Shown piece by piece: positions 34,748 through 45,890 of a DNA stretch of 64,000 nucleotides. The translations under genes and the position numbers were made by a program. The DNA lies in assembly GCA_963575745.1 (NCBI GenBank), contig CAUYUJ010000003.1:992001-1056000 (forward strand), read 5' to 3'. The notes below the pieces were generated by a model that was given only the letters and a program-made list of their open reading frames with translations, had not been told where the DNA came from and did not search any database. Origin of the DNA: Prorocentrum cordatum (Eukaryota). How positions within the stretch are numbered: the first letter of the stretch is position 1; every line of letters begins with the position of its first letter.

Positions 34748-37700
34748 CTGCGAGGCTCCTCCTCCTCCTCCTCCTCCTCCTCCTCCTCCTCCTCCTCCTC
34801 CTTCCTCCCCCTCTCCCTCTCCTCCTCCCTCCTCCTCCCCCCTCCTCCCTCCTCCTCCTCCTCCCTCTCCTCCTCGTCCTCCTCGTCCTCTTCCTCCTCC
34901 TCCTCCCTCCTCCTCCTCCTCCTCCTCCTCCTCCTCCTTATCCTCCTGCCCCGCGGGCGTTATGGTCGGCACTCGGGGCCCTCCCCTCTTGCGACCGCTG
35001 CAAGGGATTCCAGGGGTGGTAGGGTCAATGCTGGAGGCTTGGATAATATATGGATAATGTGTGGATAATGGCGAAAGGTCTGGAGAACGTATACATCGCC
35101 AAGTACGGGAAATATAAGGATAATGTTTTGAAACTAGCAACAGAGACCCCGGGGGGTAGATCCAAATTATGTGTTTGAGTGTGTGCATATATATATATAT
35201 ACATATGTATATGTGTGTGTGGACGTATATGTACGGTGAATTGTAAGCAGTCGCAACACATGCATGCAAAGCGATGCAAGGCAATGTATCATAACATAAA
35301 TCAATGCAAAACAACGAAGAACAGCACACATAACGGCAACACAACGCAAAACAACGCAACACATCGCAAGGCAACGCAATCCAAAGCAAGGCGTAACAAT
35401 ACAAAGTATTCCGAAATACTGCAGGACCAGACGACGGCGACGACGATGTGGCGACGGGGCGGCGACGGCGACAACATAGCCGCCAACCCGCCACGCAGGC
35501 CCGGACCACTGGCGGCGACGAGGCGGCCCTGACGACAACATAGCCGCCAGACCGCCGCGTTGGCCCAGACGACGGGGGCGACGAGGCGGCGACGGCGACA
35601 ACATAACCGCCAGAATGCGACACACGCCCAATTCCTTAGAAAATAAATTAAAACCCAAAAATGCAACTCCGGGCGATAATCTAGCACCACGTGTCTGTGC
35701 AAGTGCACGTGGAAGTCGGAGGATGCCCATGCTCTCCCACTTCTGGTGGCGTCCCTCGCCCCGTCTCCCCCGCGCGCAACCACGAACGCTGACGCGGACG
35801 CTGACACTGACACTGAAACACACACACACACACACACACACATTTCCGTCGGCGGCGAAGCAGAATTGGCTGCACCAGCGATAGAGCTAGACGGGGGGCA
35901 CCGACAAGCGAATTGGCCAGCATGCAAGACTGGGAATAGGGCAGAGCGGGCGGCCGCAGGAGTGGGAGGGAAAGAAAAGGCAACTCAGAGGCGGATGAAC
36001 TGTCACCCGAGGGTGCTGGCGCGGCCAGCCTCGCCAGCGGGAACCACGGCAGCTGCTGGGCCGCGGCGCCGGGGCACCCGCGGGCGCTGACGGGGCCCGC
36101 TGCAGGCAGAGGAAGCGCGCGCTGCAGTGGCGTCGCCTAAGTAGTGCACGGGGGGCTAGGTCGACAGAAGAGGGCCGCAGGCCGCCGAGGTGGGTGGCGC
36201 GCGACAAGGCACGGCAAGTACATGCGCAGTCTAGGCTTGGACTGCAGCCGGCAAAATGCAGGGCCCGCGGAGGGGGGCGGGCGGCGGGGCCAAACCTGGG
36301 TGCCCGACCGCGCGGAGGGGCCGCGAGCTGCGGCCGCCTCGCGAACGCCACGGCGGCTCGCGGAGGGAAGGAAGGAAAGAGAACGGCGAGGGGGGGGGGA
36401 GGGGGCGAGGAAGAGGAACGCCCCGCCTGCGGGATGGATGATCCCCGCAGGCGGGGCGGCAGCGCCGGCGCCAGCGCTTGCGGGCGGCGGGCAGACGGCC
36501 CGCGCGCTGCGCTGCTGCGGTCGCCTGCGCGCTGCCCCGGTCGGCGGGCCAGGGCAGCTGAGGCGCTCGTGGCTGCCAGCAAGGGGCAGTTGCGAGGACG
36601 TGCCCGTGCTGAGACTGCGGCCGAGGCCGAGGGGCCGCGCGCTGCTGAGGTAGGGAGTGCAGGCCAAGAGCAGGGGCACCTAACTGGCGCGGAAGATGCG
36701 AGTGAGTCGGCCGGGGCCGGGCGGGGCCGCTCGCAGCTGGGGTGGGCAGCGCGCGGCCGCGGCGCCGAGCCTGTCAAAACTGCGGCCGAGGCCGAGAGGT
36801 CGCGCGCTGCTGGGGCAAACGGCGCGGGCCGAGTCAAGGGGCACCTAATCGGCGCGGGAACTGTTTATCTGAAGCGGCCAAGGCAGAGGGGGCCGCGCGC
36901 TGCCGGGGTGGGCAGCGCGCGGCCGGGGCGCCAAAGGAGGGGTCCAGAGCCGGGAAAGATGCCGCGCGCCGTCAGGGCGGTTGTCGCGCGGCGACTAGGT
37001 CTGCCGACTGGCTCGGAGGGCGACGAGGATCGGCGACTACAATGGGTGCGGTTTGCAAGGGGTGCGGTTTGCCTCCCATCACGTCTGCCCCCCCCGCCCC
37101 TGGGAAACGGATGGCGCTGTCACTCAACGCGACCGAATCACATGACACTGTCGCTCCTTCCAGCACAATGGGGCGCGCATCGAGAATGACAGCGTCGCTC
37201 GAAACGACGACATTTATGACATCGTCTCTCGCAAAGTCCCCTGAAAGGCCGCCACACAGCAACTCGCAAACCGCACCCTGGCGCAACCGCGCCACTCGCA
37301 GTCGCCGAGAGGAGGCGGCGCCGACGCGTTGGGCGCCTCGCCCGGTCGAGCGCGCACTGCGGGCTGGGCGAGAGCGGCGCGGGCGGGGGCCAGCGTCTGC
37401 GCCGTGGCCGAGGGTTCGGAAATGCGCCGTGGCGCCGTCGCGTCGGGTTCCCGCCTGGGTCCGCGCGGCCCGCCGCCCGCCGCCCCGCTCGGACTCGGTG
37501 CGTCTCTGAGCATGGCGGCGTCTTGCGCGAGCGCCCCGTCGGTTCCTGGCGGCCCCTGGACCGGGGTCGCCGCGGTTCGGGGGGGCCTTGCAGACTGGGG
37601 GGAGGAGGGGGGTCGTCGTCGTCGCCGACGCAATCGTCTTCGCCCAGGGCCGCCACGAGGCCGCCTCCTCCAGGGCCGTCGTCGCCGCTTCTCAGCGGAC

Positions 37701-38499
37701 GGGGGCCGCCCGAACCGCTGGCCGGGAAGGGCGGACAGATGGGGGCGAAGGGGCCTGGTCTGACCAGGCGACGGGGCGCCGCTCTGTTCGCCGTTCTGCC
37801 CACCTCCTTCCAGGAGGGCGTCGCTCCTCCACCTGCAGGCCCAGTTCTCCGACCGCTGGGCGCAGCAGCAGCCCGAGGCCTGCCCGCCAATGGCGGCCGC
37901 GCGAGCCATCGGGGCGCTTCCAGCCTGTGGGCAGGCGGCCGCGCCAGGGAGGGTCGCGCAAACCTGGCCGCCGACGGGCCGCGCTCGATCCCTGGAGCCA
38001 GGGGGCGCGCCAGCGGCGACGTCTGAGGTCGAGCCAGGGGGGTCGGTTGCTCCCGCGGCGCTGCCCCGCCGTCTGCTGCCGCGCGCCGCTCGGGCGTCAA
38101 GCCGTTGCTGCGCGCTGCCTCCGCGCGCGCGACTGGGGCCGCCAGGGGCTGCCTGTGGGGCTGGGGGGTTGCCCTCTGACCAAGGGCGGCCGGATCTCGT
38201 CGGGGCCTGCCCTCCTCTTCCAGGGGGGCCGACTCCCGGGGGGGGCGCGCGGGCGTCGTCCTTGGGCGGGGTGGCCCGGGGCGAGTTGGGCCCGACCCCG
38301 CGGGCGCCTCGCGCCCCGGCTGCGCCGCATAGCTCGCGCGACATCCGTCACTGGGGCGCCGCTAATGCTGGCAAGTCGTTGCGAGAAAGCACCCGCGCCG
38401 CCCCTGGGCGGGGGCGGCGAAGAGCGAGGCGCGACCAGCCTTCATCGCTGGGGGCGCCACTGATCGCGGCAATTCCACGTGGGGAAACGTCTGCGAGGT

Positions 38500-39600
38500 C
38501 TCCAGGGGGCGTCTGGGCGCCTCTGCGGGGGCTCCTCGGGGGCCTCTGGGGGCTTCTTGGGAGCGCCCAGGAGGCTTCCTGGATGGTTTTGCGGCATGTT
38601 TGGAGCCAGACGGCTTTAAAAAAGAGCCCGCGGCCCTGCTTGGAACCCTCTCGTGCCCTCTTGAGGCTCGCTCATGGCACTTTTGGGGCTCGCTGAGGCC
38701 GCCTCGGAGCCTTCTAGGGCGCCTCTTGGACCGTTTTGGGCGCTTTGTTCTTGAAGGGAGGAGTCATTCTATAAATATACGTCTTGCAAAAGGAATGGGC
38801 CCACTTTGGTATCCCGGGGTTCTTTTGGGTGGCCTCTGGGAGCTTTTTGGGGGCGTCTTGGCGCCTCTTGGCCCTTCTGGAAGCCAGCGTGGGCCGTCTT
38901 GGAGCGCCCCTGGGATTCTCTCGGGGCGTCTCGGAGGCCTCTCGGGCGCTCTTGGGCGGACTGGGAAGCCCGGGGACCGCCGGAAGAGCATCCCAGGAGG
39001 CTCTCCTAGGCCGTCTTGCGGCTGTCCTGGACGCGTTCTTGGGCGCCTCTTCGGGCCTTTGGGGGTTTCTCTTAATATATATATATGTTTTACGAAAGGA
39101 ATGGGGCCAGTTTTGTCTCCTGGGGCTCTCTTGGAGGGCCTCTTGGAGCATTCTTGGAGCGTTCTGAGGGCCTCGTGGCCCTCCTGGAAACCATCTTGGG
39201 CCGCGTCGGAGCGCCCCGGGGCGACCGGGGAATCTCTTGGGCCACTTGGGCGGACTCGGAGGCCCGGGGACCGCCGGAGCTTCCCGGGAGGCCCTCCTGG
39301 GCCGTTTGGGGCTGTCTCACCCGTCTTGGGGCGTCATTGGGCGCCTCTTGGAGCTTTTTGACCGCTCCGATGTCCAAGGGGGCTGATATCCTCAAAACGT
39401 ACGCCTTACGCAAGGAATTGGGCCATTTTGGTTTCCCGGGGCGCTCTCGGTGGGGCCTCTTGGCGGCCTCTTGGGGCGGCATGAGGGCCTCTTGTCCCTT
39501 CTGGAAGCGATCTCTGGCGGTCTTGAAGCGATCCTGGGGTTCTCTCGGCGATGTCGGAGCCTTCTTGGGCGGACTGGAACGCGCGGGGGCCGCTGGAGGG
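38500..39600 (-). repeat. TCTTGG/GGCC-rich degenerate repeat, compositionally related to the 0.9-kb element
   Basis: Recurring cctcttgg units and a ~285-340-bp higher-order motif (aaggaat.ggcca.tttt) near 38790, 39100 and 39415. Confidence 0.6.
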
Positions 39601-39723
39601 GCGTGCCGGGAGGGGGCCGCTACCTATGTACAACGGAGGTCCCGGCCCGGGGCCCGGGGCCCGGGAATTCCCAAGGGGGCCACTAGGAGGTCCCGGCCCG
39701 GGGCCCGGGGCCAGGAACTCCCA

Positions 39724-39743
39724 TGTATGTATGTGTATGTGTG

Positions 39744-39774
<31 letters not shown>

Positions 39775-39795
39775 GGATGCACACACACATATATA

Positions 39796-39851
<56 letters not shown>
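39724..39851. repeat. (TA)n-rich microsatellite flanking the DIRS-order element
   Basis: Read directly. Confidence 0.95.
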
Positions 39852-40299
39852 GGCCAGGGCCCTGTGAGTGGCCAGGGCACGATACAACAAAACACTTCCG
39901 ACTGTCAGTCTCTTTTTCACGATGTCGGGCAGGCAGCGCTGCTTCCACGGAGCCCAAGCTCCACAACTCCCCTGACCAACTTTTCAGGGAGACCAAGTGC
40001 ACGGGCGGTCTGTGGGCGGGTGCACTTGAGCGCGGCAAGAGCCCAGGCGGCCGCGGACGGGCAAAGCTGACCAAGAGGATGAGAACGCACATCGGACAAG
40101 GTCAGGGCCCTGTGAGTGGCCAGGGCACGATGCAACAAGACATTTCCGACTGTCAGTGTCTTTTTCGCGATGTCGGGCAGGCAGCGCTGCTTCCACGGAG
40201 CCCAAGCTCCACAACTCCCGAAACTTCCATAAGGGGGCACTGGCCGTCCTTTGCTAGCCAATCTCACCAACAGTTAGGAGGTGATTCTTCTGAGCAGGT

Positions 40300-40920
40300 G
40301 AGAGTCAGTGACCTGCTCAGAACCATTGCGAATCCATCCAGCCACAGCCTCCGAAAGCCGCGAGCCGAGACGGATGTGCGGGGAGGCGGCGGCAGGACAG
40401 CGCAGCTGATGCACATTGACCTGGCGAACATAAGCATGAGAGCACGGCGGCGCTTGAATCGGACGCCAGCTGCAATTGAAGGCAACAATGAGACAGTCAT
40501 GATGGGGGCCCCCTGGCTGAAGTCGGCAAGGCGACACAATGTACATTGGGCTAGGGGGGGCTCCACAAGGGGTCTCATGACGCTGCAGGCCTCTCGGAGG
40601 TGCCCAGGGCGGGGGTCAGCGCGCGCGACGGGGCATCCAACCTGAGATGCACTCACGGCGAAGCGAGCTACATTGCAGAAGCGGGGATGCTGGTTACGGC
40701 GGGGCAGAATACAGCATGCACCCCGAATACATCTCGAGGAGATCCAACCGAGCAACCTCCGTCTGACAAGTGTCAACTCGGGCGGGGGCCCCCCCCCCCC
40801 CCCCCCCCCCCCGCCCCTTTCACCCACACGGCACCAAACATGTCCCGAGGATCAACAGCCCTGGCAATGGACCCCGTCCCAAACCCAACCTCTAAAAACC
40901 ACTGGTGTCTCAAAACGGAG
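40300..40920 (-). pseudogene. Degenerate DNA methyltransferase-like domain downstream of the recombinase
   Basis: WFLEVGFGTGSIARAV (SAM-binding motif I-like), then VRRRLLGWISS..RGACCILP and GCPVARADP; broken by a poly-C run at ~40790-40810. Confidence 0.5.
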
Positions 40921-40978
40921 CCGAACCTCAGGGCCCCCTTCAAAAAACTGCCAGCAGCTCGAATCCTACATCTCTCAT

Positions 40979-41915
40979 TCACTTCTGAATCTTGAACGGT
41001 GGCCCAGGGGGGCGCTCCTTGCCCAGCAACAGAAGCCCGAGACGGTTCTCGATGCGGCTGGTCCACTGCTGGATGGCGCTGGGGACCCTCTCGAGCTCTC
41101 TGAGGTAGCGAACGTGTTTCTTGTATCTCAGGGTGCTCTGGGCGGAACCGTGGCGCATCCGCCCCTGGAGCACAGCCTGCGGCATGTGGTCGATGGCGCT
41201 CGCGTGGCTGGCGGCGCAGTGTCTCATCTGGTATGGCGCGGCCTCTGGCGCGCCAGGCAATGCTCGCCGCCGACGACTGAAGGTGCGCCCAAACTCGCTG
41301 CGGCTGAAGCTCCACAGAGGCTGGCCTGGGCGCCGCCGTGCACACAGCTCCTTGAGCGCCTGGCCGCCCTCGCGGCTCCACGCCTGGTCGAGCAACAGCG
41401 CGCCCTCGGGGTGCAGCAACGGCGCCCGCCGGGCAATCCGCGCGCCCCCAGGCTCCACAACCCAGTCCGTGGTCATAGAGGTCAAGCCCCGCTGGCAGCC
41501 TGAGAAGCCCGCCCCGCGCCAGGAGGAGGGCGACCGCGAATTCGGCGTCGCCCTTCATCAAGCTGACGCCGAGGATCCTGAGCATCCACGGCTTCGCCAG
41601 GGGCAGCCGTGAGGCCGCGTGGCTGCGGCGGCGGAAGCCCGCCGGCGCGGCCCGGGGGCATCCCCGACGAGGCCTTCCCCAAGCTGGGGCGGCGGTGGTG
41701 GATGGCCGCCGGCACGCGGCTGCCCTTGGCGCCGGTGAACCCGCCCCAGTACAGGTGGCCCAGGTAATCCGCCACCAACACGCCCAGCTCGAGCACGTTC
41801 GGGCTGAGGAGGTCGCTCCGCCCGCACCACTGCACGAGAGCGTCGAACTCGCTGTCGAACACCTGCCGGGCGCGCTCCTGCACCTTGTGCAGGAAGGTGA
41901 GCCCACTCAAGACGC
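40979..41915 (-). pseudogene. Tyrosine recombinase (frameshifted)
   Basis: N-terminal ADYLGHLY, GLLR, PYQMRHCAASH, LQGRMRHGSAQSTLRYKKH across ORFs 41482..42402, 40773..41906 and 40979..41485. Confidence 0.85.
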
Positions 41916-42289
41916 CCACTGACGGGGAGTCGCGACGCCTCTGGCGCTCCACCGCCCTCCTCGCTTGAAGCCGAGCAGCCTTCAGGTGGCCCCCCATTCC
42001 CCTCTTCGGCAGTCGAGAGGTCCGAGGAGCTGGAGGAGCCCGAGTCGGCGTAGGGCGGCCCGAGCCCACATGAGGTCGGCTCGGCGTAGGCAGTGACCCC
42101 GACGCCCTCAGGCACCTTGTCGGCCTCCCCGAACTCCTGCCCAGGCCCGACGCCGCCGAGCCCAGCGGGGCGCGCGAGAGCGGCCTCCTCGAGCTCCCGT
42201 TCCCAGGCATGCTCGATAATCCGCTGGTGCTCGCGGCTGTCGTCCGCGCGAGCATGGCGGGGGTCTGACCGTGGGTCCCGAGGGGCACG

Positions 42290-43990
42290 TCCGATGGTGC
42301 GGGAGAGCTCGTCCGCTGCGTCGTGTTCAGAGGCGATCCACCGAGCCGAGGTGGCCCCGTTGAAGAGGATGGAGAGAGCGGTGATCTCACGGACGGTCTC
42401 ATTGACGAAGAGAGACGATGATCGACCCTTCTCCGCTGCCAAGGTCACGCCCATGTTGTCGCGCAAAATCAAGAATCGGGAGCCGCGGGCGGCGCGCTCT
42501 CGCAGGCGGTGTCGCACTGCAAGCACGAGAGCCCGTCCCTCAAGACGGAGAATATTCCCCCCGTGTCGCCATCGACCGAATAACAAATCCCCCCGCCCAT
42601 CACTGGTCAAGAAGTCGGGGTCACCTGGCAGGAAGTCACCGCCCCTCGACGAGCCCGTGGCGCGGGCCCTTCGGCGGTGCGACTGGGCCTTGCCAGTCTC
42701 GACCTCCAAACCCAGTGCGAGGGCGCGTGCTTGAACAGCGCCCTCAGTGGCATACCTCCAGCGCTCAGAACGGGCCATGGTGGCCCAGACACTCCCCACG
42801 TCCCACTGCTTCTCCGCGGCACCGTAGCCGCCGAACCCTGAGGCGTGCTCAGCACCTTCACGCGTAGAGGCGCCGGAGACCAGCACTCCGGGGTCGACGG
42901 TCCGCTTCGCATCGTAGAAGGCGCACGCGATGAGTGCTGAAGCCGCCCGTAGTTCCGTGACCACACCCTTCCATCGGCGTCGGCGGCGAGGACCTGCCCA
43001 ATCGGCGAACTTGTAGCTCATGGTGAGGATGGGCAGCAACCCTCTCCGCAAGAGGGCCGCCCACGTGTAGTGGGCCAATACCTGCAACATCTCATCCCCG
43101 CCGCCGTGCCCGCGGTCGGCCAACTCGCGAAGGCCTAGCCGCAGACTCCACAGGCGAGCGGGGCTGAGACTGATGGTGGCCGTCTCCTGATCGAAGGTGA
43201 ACCCAGTGAACTTCTGAGAGGCCTTGGGGGCCTCGATCCCCTTGCAGACCAAGTGATCGTCCATGAGCTGCTTCTCGACGCTCTGCGCGCCCTTGACGAC
43301 CGCCGAGTGGCAGCCCCCCGCCACGGCGACCCCGCCCACGTAGGAGGCCGCGGCCGCCTCGGAGGACAGGTATGGGATCACCTTGCCGTCGGCGATCTGC
43401 CTGTCTACTCCGAAGCCAGCCTGAGCCACGTGGGCCTCCGCGAGCGACTGGCAGAAGTACAAGCTCCAGCTCCGGCCCATGGGGAGTACCAACAGACGGG
43501 GGGCCAGCTCCACGCCGTCGAAGTCGATGTCGGGCCTCGCGGCGAGCAGATCCCGGCGGCGGATGCGAAGCAAAATCATCATCTCCTCTAGCCCAGGTGG
43601 GCACTGGATGCGATAGAAAGCGGCCTCGATGTCCACCTGCGCGAGGCGCAGCTGGCGCGTGGGCTGGATGCGAAGACTCCGCCAGCACCCAGCACTCGGC
43701 AGGTTGACCGTGTCAGGCTCAGTGAACTCTTAATTAATCATACGCGCGCCCAGGATCAAACGTAGGCGGTTCCCATCCTTGGGAACGAAAAGCAGACCAC
43801 TCGCATGCTTCTTGCGGCTACCAAAACGTATCATGCCAACATCGTAGAGACGACCCAAAAACTTTCCTTACAGCTGATGGCCCTGTCGAAGCTGTCGGTC
43901 AAAGTAAGGTCGCGCGAGCTCCCGAGGTTCCCCAGGATCGCGCAAAAGATGCTCTTGCCAGCGATGCCACAACTCATGGGGCCGTCCCGA
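42290..43990 (-). pseudogene. DIRS-type reverse transcriptase-RNase H (catalytic motifs mutated)
   Basis: FVPKDGNRLRLILGAR, DIEAAFY, LPMGRSWSLYFCQ, YVGG (for YVDx), VSGAS, DNMGV, RWIASEHDAADELSR. Confidence 0.9.
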
Positions 43991-44453
43991 TAGCGAGTCC
44001 AAAGCGTTGCTTTTGAACCGATCCGTCGGGAGCGACACCAGACCTTCGGCGCACATCACTGACTTCACAGGCGAGGTGTCGCAGCCTGGAGAAATGCTGC
44101 GCAGCCCCCGAAGGACCGCCGCAGAGGTGCAAGTAGGGGGCCCAAGCCCGCGAATTCGAAATTGAAGATGCCCCAGCCCAGTTCGATGAGCTTGAGAAAG
44201 AATACCACATGTGCTAGCGCCGCCCTGGCAGCAGAGCCAGTTGAGCGCGGCGGCCGGACCCCGCACCCAGAGGTCGCAGAAGTAGCCCCGACGCCCCTTC
44301 GACCGTCGATGTCGAGTCGAAGGCGCTGGCTATGTAGAAGCCTGGGAAGAGAGTAAATGAACAGGTGCTGGGAGCAGCTCACGAGGAACAGGCGTCCCGC
44401 GGCAGCTCGCCCGCTGAGGCGCGGGGCGAGCCAAGGGGGTGAGGCTCCCTCCG

Positions 44454-45890
44454 TCATGGCCCCGCCTTGGGCCCCTGGCCTCGGCCCTCCCCCTTGGTGC
44501 CTGGGGAGGACGACGGGCCAGTGGCCTGCTCCTTCAGCTTCTTGTTCTCAGCGGTCAGGCGATCGATCTTGCTCTGGACGTCTGCAGTCAGGCCTCCACG
44601 GCCTGCGCCACCTCCATGAGCGTCACGAGCACGATTGGACTGGCGTTCCTCTCGTATCTTGCGGCGCCCCTTCAACATGGTAGCCTCCTTGTGTAATTCC
44701 TCCGAAACATGAAACGTCAATGATGGTGATATCATGAGCATGCCTCTGGTCTCTGACGTGCCAAGGTAGGGATATTCGTCCTCGTCAACATCTCCTCCCA
44801 GAGCAGCTCTTCCTCGCGATCCCAAGATACGATCTTTCGGCCTATACTCGGCGAGCTGGGCGCGTCGCAGCACCAGTTCGAATGCCGCCAACTCGGATAT
44901 ATTTAGTTGGTCGTATTGAACAACCAGTTGCACCATTCTCATGCAGAACTCATGTTCGGCCACCGTGGGGTCAGCCGAAGTGATATTGACCTCTGACCGC
45001 CACTTCGCATGACGTGAGCGTGGGGCAATGTCTTGCTCGCTGGTGAACTTCGCGCACCAGAGAGCCGTTCGTGGTCCCTGCAAGGGCCACTTCTTCCACT
45101 CTGTAGTGGACATCTGACGTGTAGCTGCACGAAACGGAAGATGACGGCCTCCATCCACATCCTCCACGACTGCCAAAACTCTTGCATCAAGGTCTGGGTC
45201 GTCGCCGCTGGAGGTCTTCGCGGTGAAGGTCTGCTCGCCCTTCTTGCAGAAGGCGAGACCTGAGCAGAAAAGGCCGTAGTCCACCGTCAACTCCTGCATC
45301 ACCGAGCGCCCTGCGCCGTCGGAGGAGCCGACCTGCACCCACTTGTCGGGCAAGGGGTTGGGCAACCCAGCGGTGACCTCCACCCACTCATTCGGAGTCC
45401 GAGAAGCCAAACGCGGTCCTCGACCCGCTGGCCTCCTCAACACCGGGCACTGGTCCCGAATGCTGACGCCGAAGTCCTCGCCCGTCACGAACTCCAGCGC
45501 GCCCAAGTAGTCCCTCGCGGAGAGCTCCCACTGTCGGCCATAGACTTGGGGATTGCCGCGGGGTAGTCGGGCGCCCAGTCCTTGGGCTCGATCGGGCTGG
45601 CCCCTCACGTCGCAGGGCACCACCCCCGTCAGAGCTGGCGGCACCAGGCAATGCGGGCAGACGTCCCCGTCGGGCGTGATGGCGTCCCATATCAAGCCCT
45701 TCTCCTCGGCGCCGTCGGGCGCTTCCTCGCCCGCGTAGTCCTTGTAGTACTCTGTCGTCGTCAGTGGAGCTATCAGCACTCGAGCTTGCCAGGGTTCGTT
45801 GGCGCGCCATTGCACGAGCACGCGCTGGCCGCTCGCGGGATCCAGCTCCCCCGCCGCGGGCCCCGCAGCAGCGACAGCAGCCATGGACAC
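44454..45890 (-). CDS. Gag-like ORF1 of the DIRS-order element (478 aa, open)
   Basis: Long complex ORF immediately upstream of RT and inside the terminal repeats; DARVL..WPLQGPRT..YDQLNISELAAFE. Confidence 0.7.
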   Translation of the reverse strand: MSMAAVAAAGPAAGELDPASGQRVLVQWRANEPWQARVLIAPLTTTEYYKDYAGEEAPDGAEEKGLIWDAITPDGDVCPHCLVPPALTGVVPCDVRGQPDRAQGLGARLPRGNPQVYGRQWELSARDYLGALEFVTGEDFGVSIRDQCPVLRRPAGRGPRLASRTPNEWVEVTAGLPNPLPDKWVQVGSSDGAGRSVMQELTVDYGLFCSGLAFCKKGEQTFTAKTSSGDDPDLDARVLAVVEDVDGGRHLPFRAATRQMSTTEWKKWPLQGPRTALWCAKFTSEQDIAPRSRHAKWRSEVNITSADPTVAEHEFCMRMVQLVVQYDQLNISELAAFELVLRRAQLAEYRPKDRILGSRGRAALGGDVDEDEYPYLGTSETRGMLMISPSLTFHVSEELHKEATMLKGRRKIREERQSNRARDAHGGGAGRGGLTADVQSKIDRLTAENKKLKEQATGPSSSPGTKGEGRGQGPKAGP

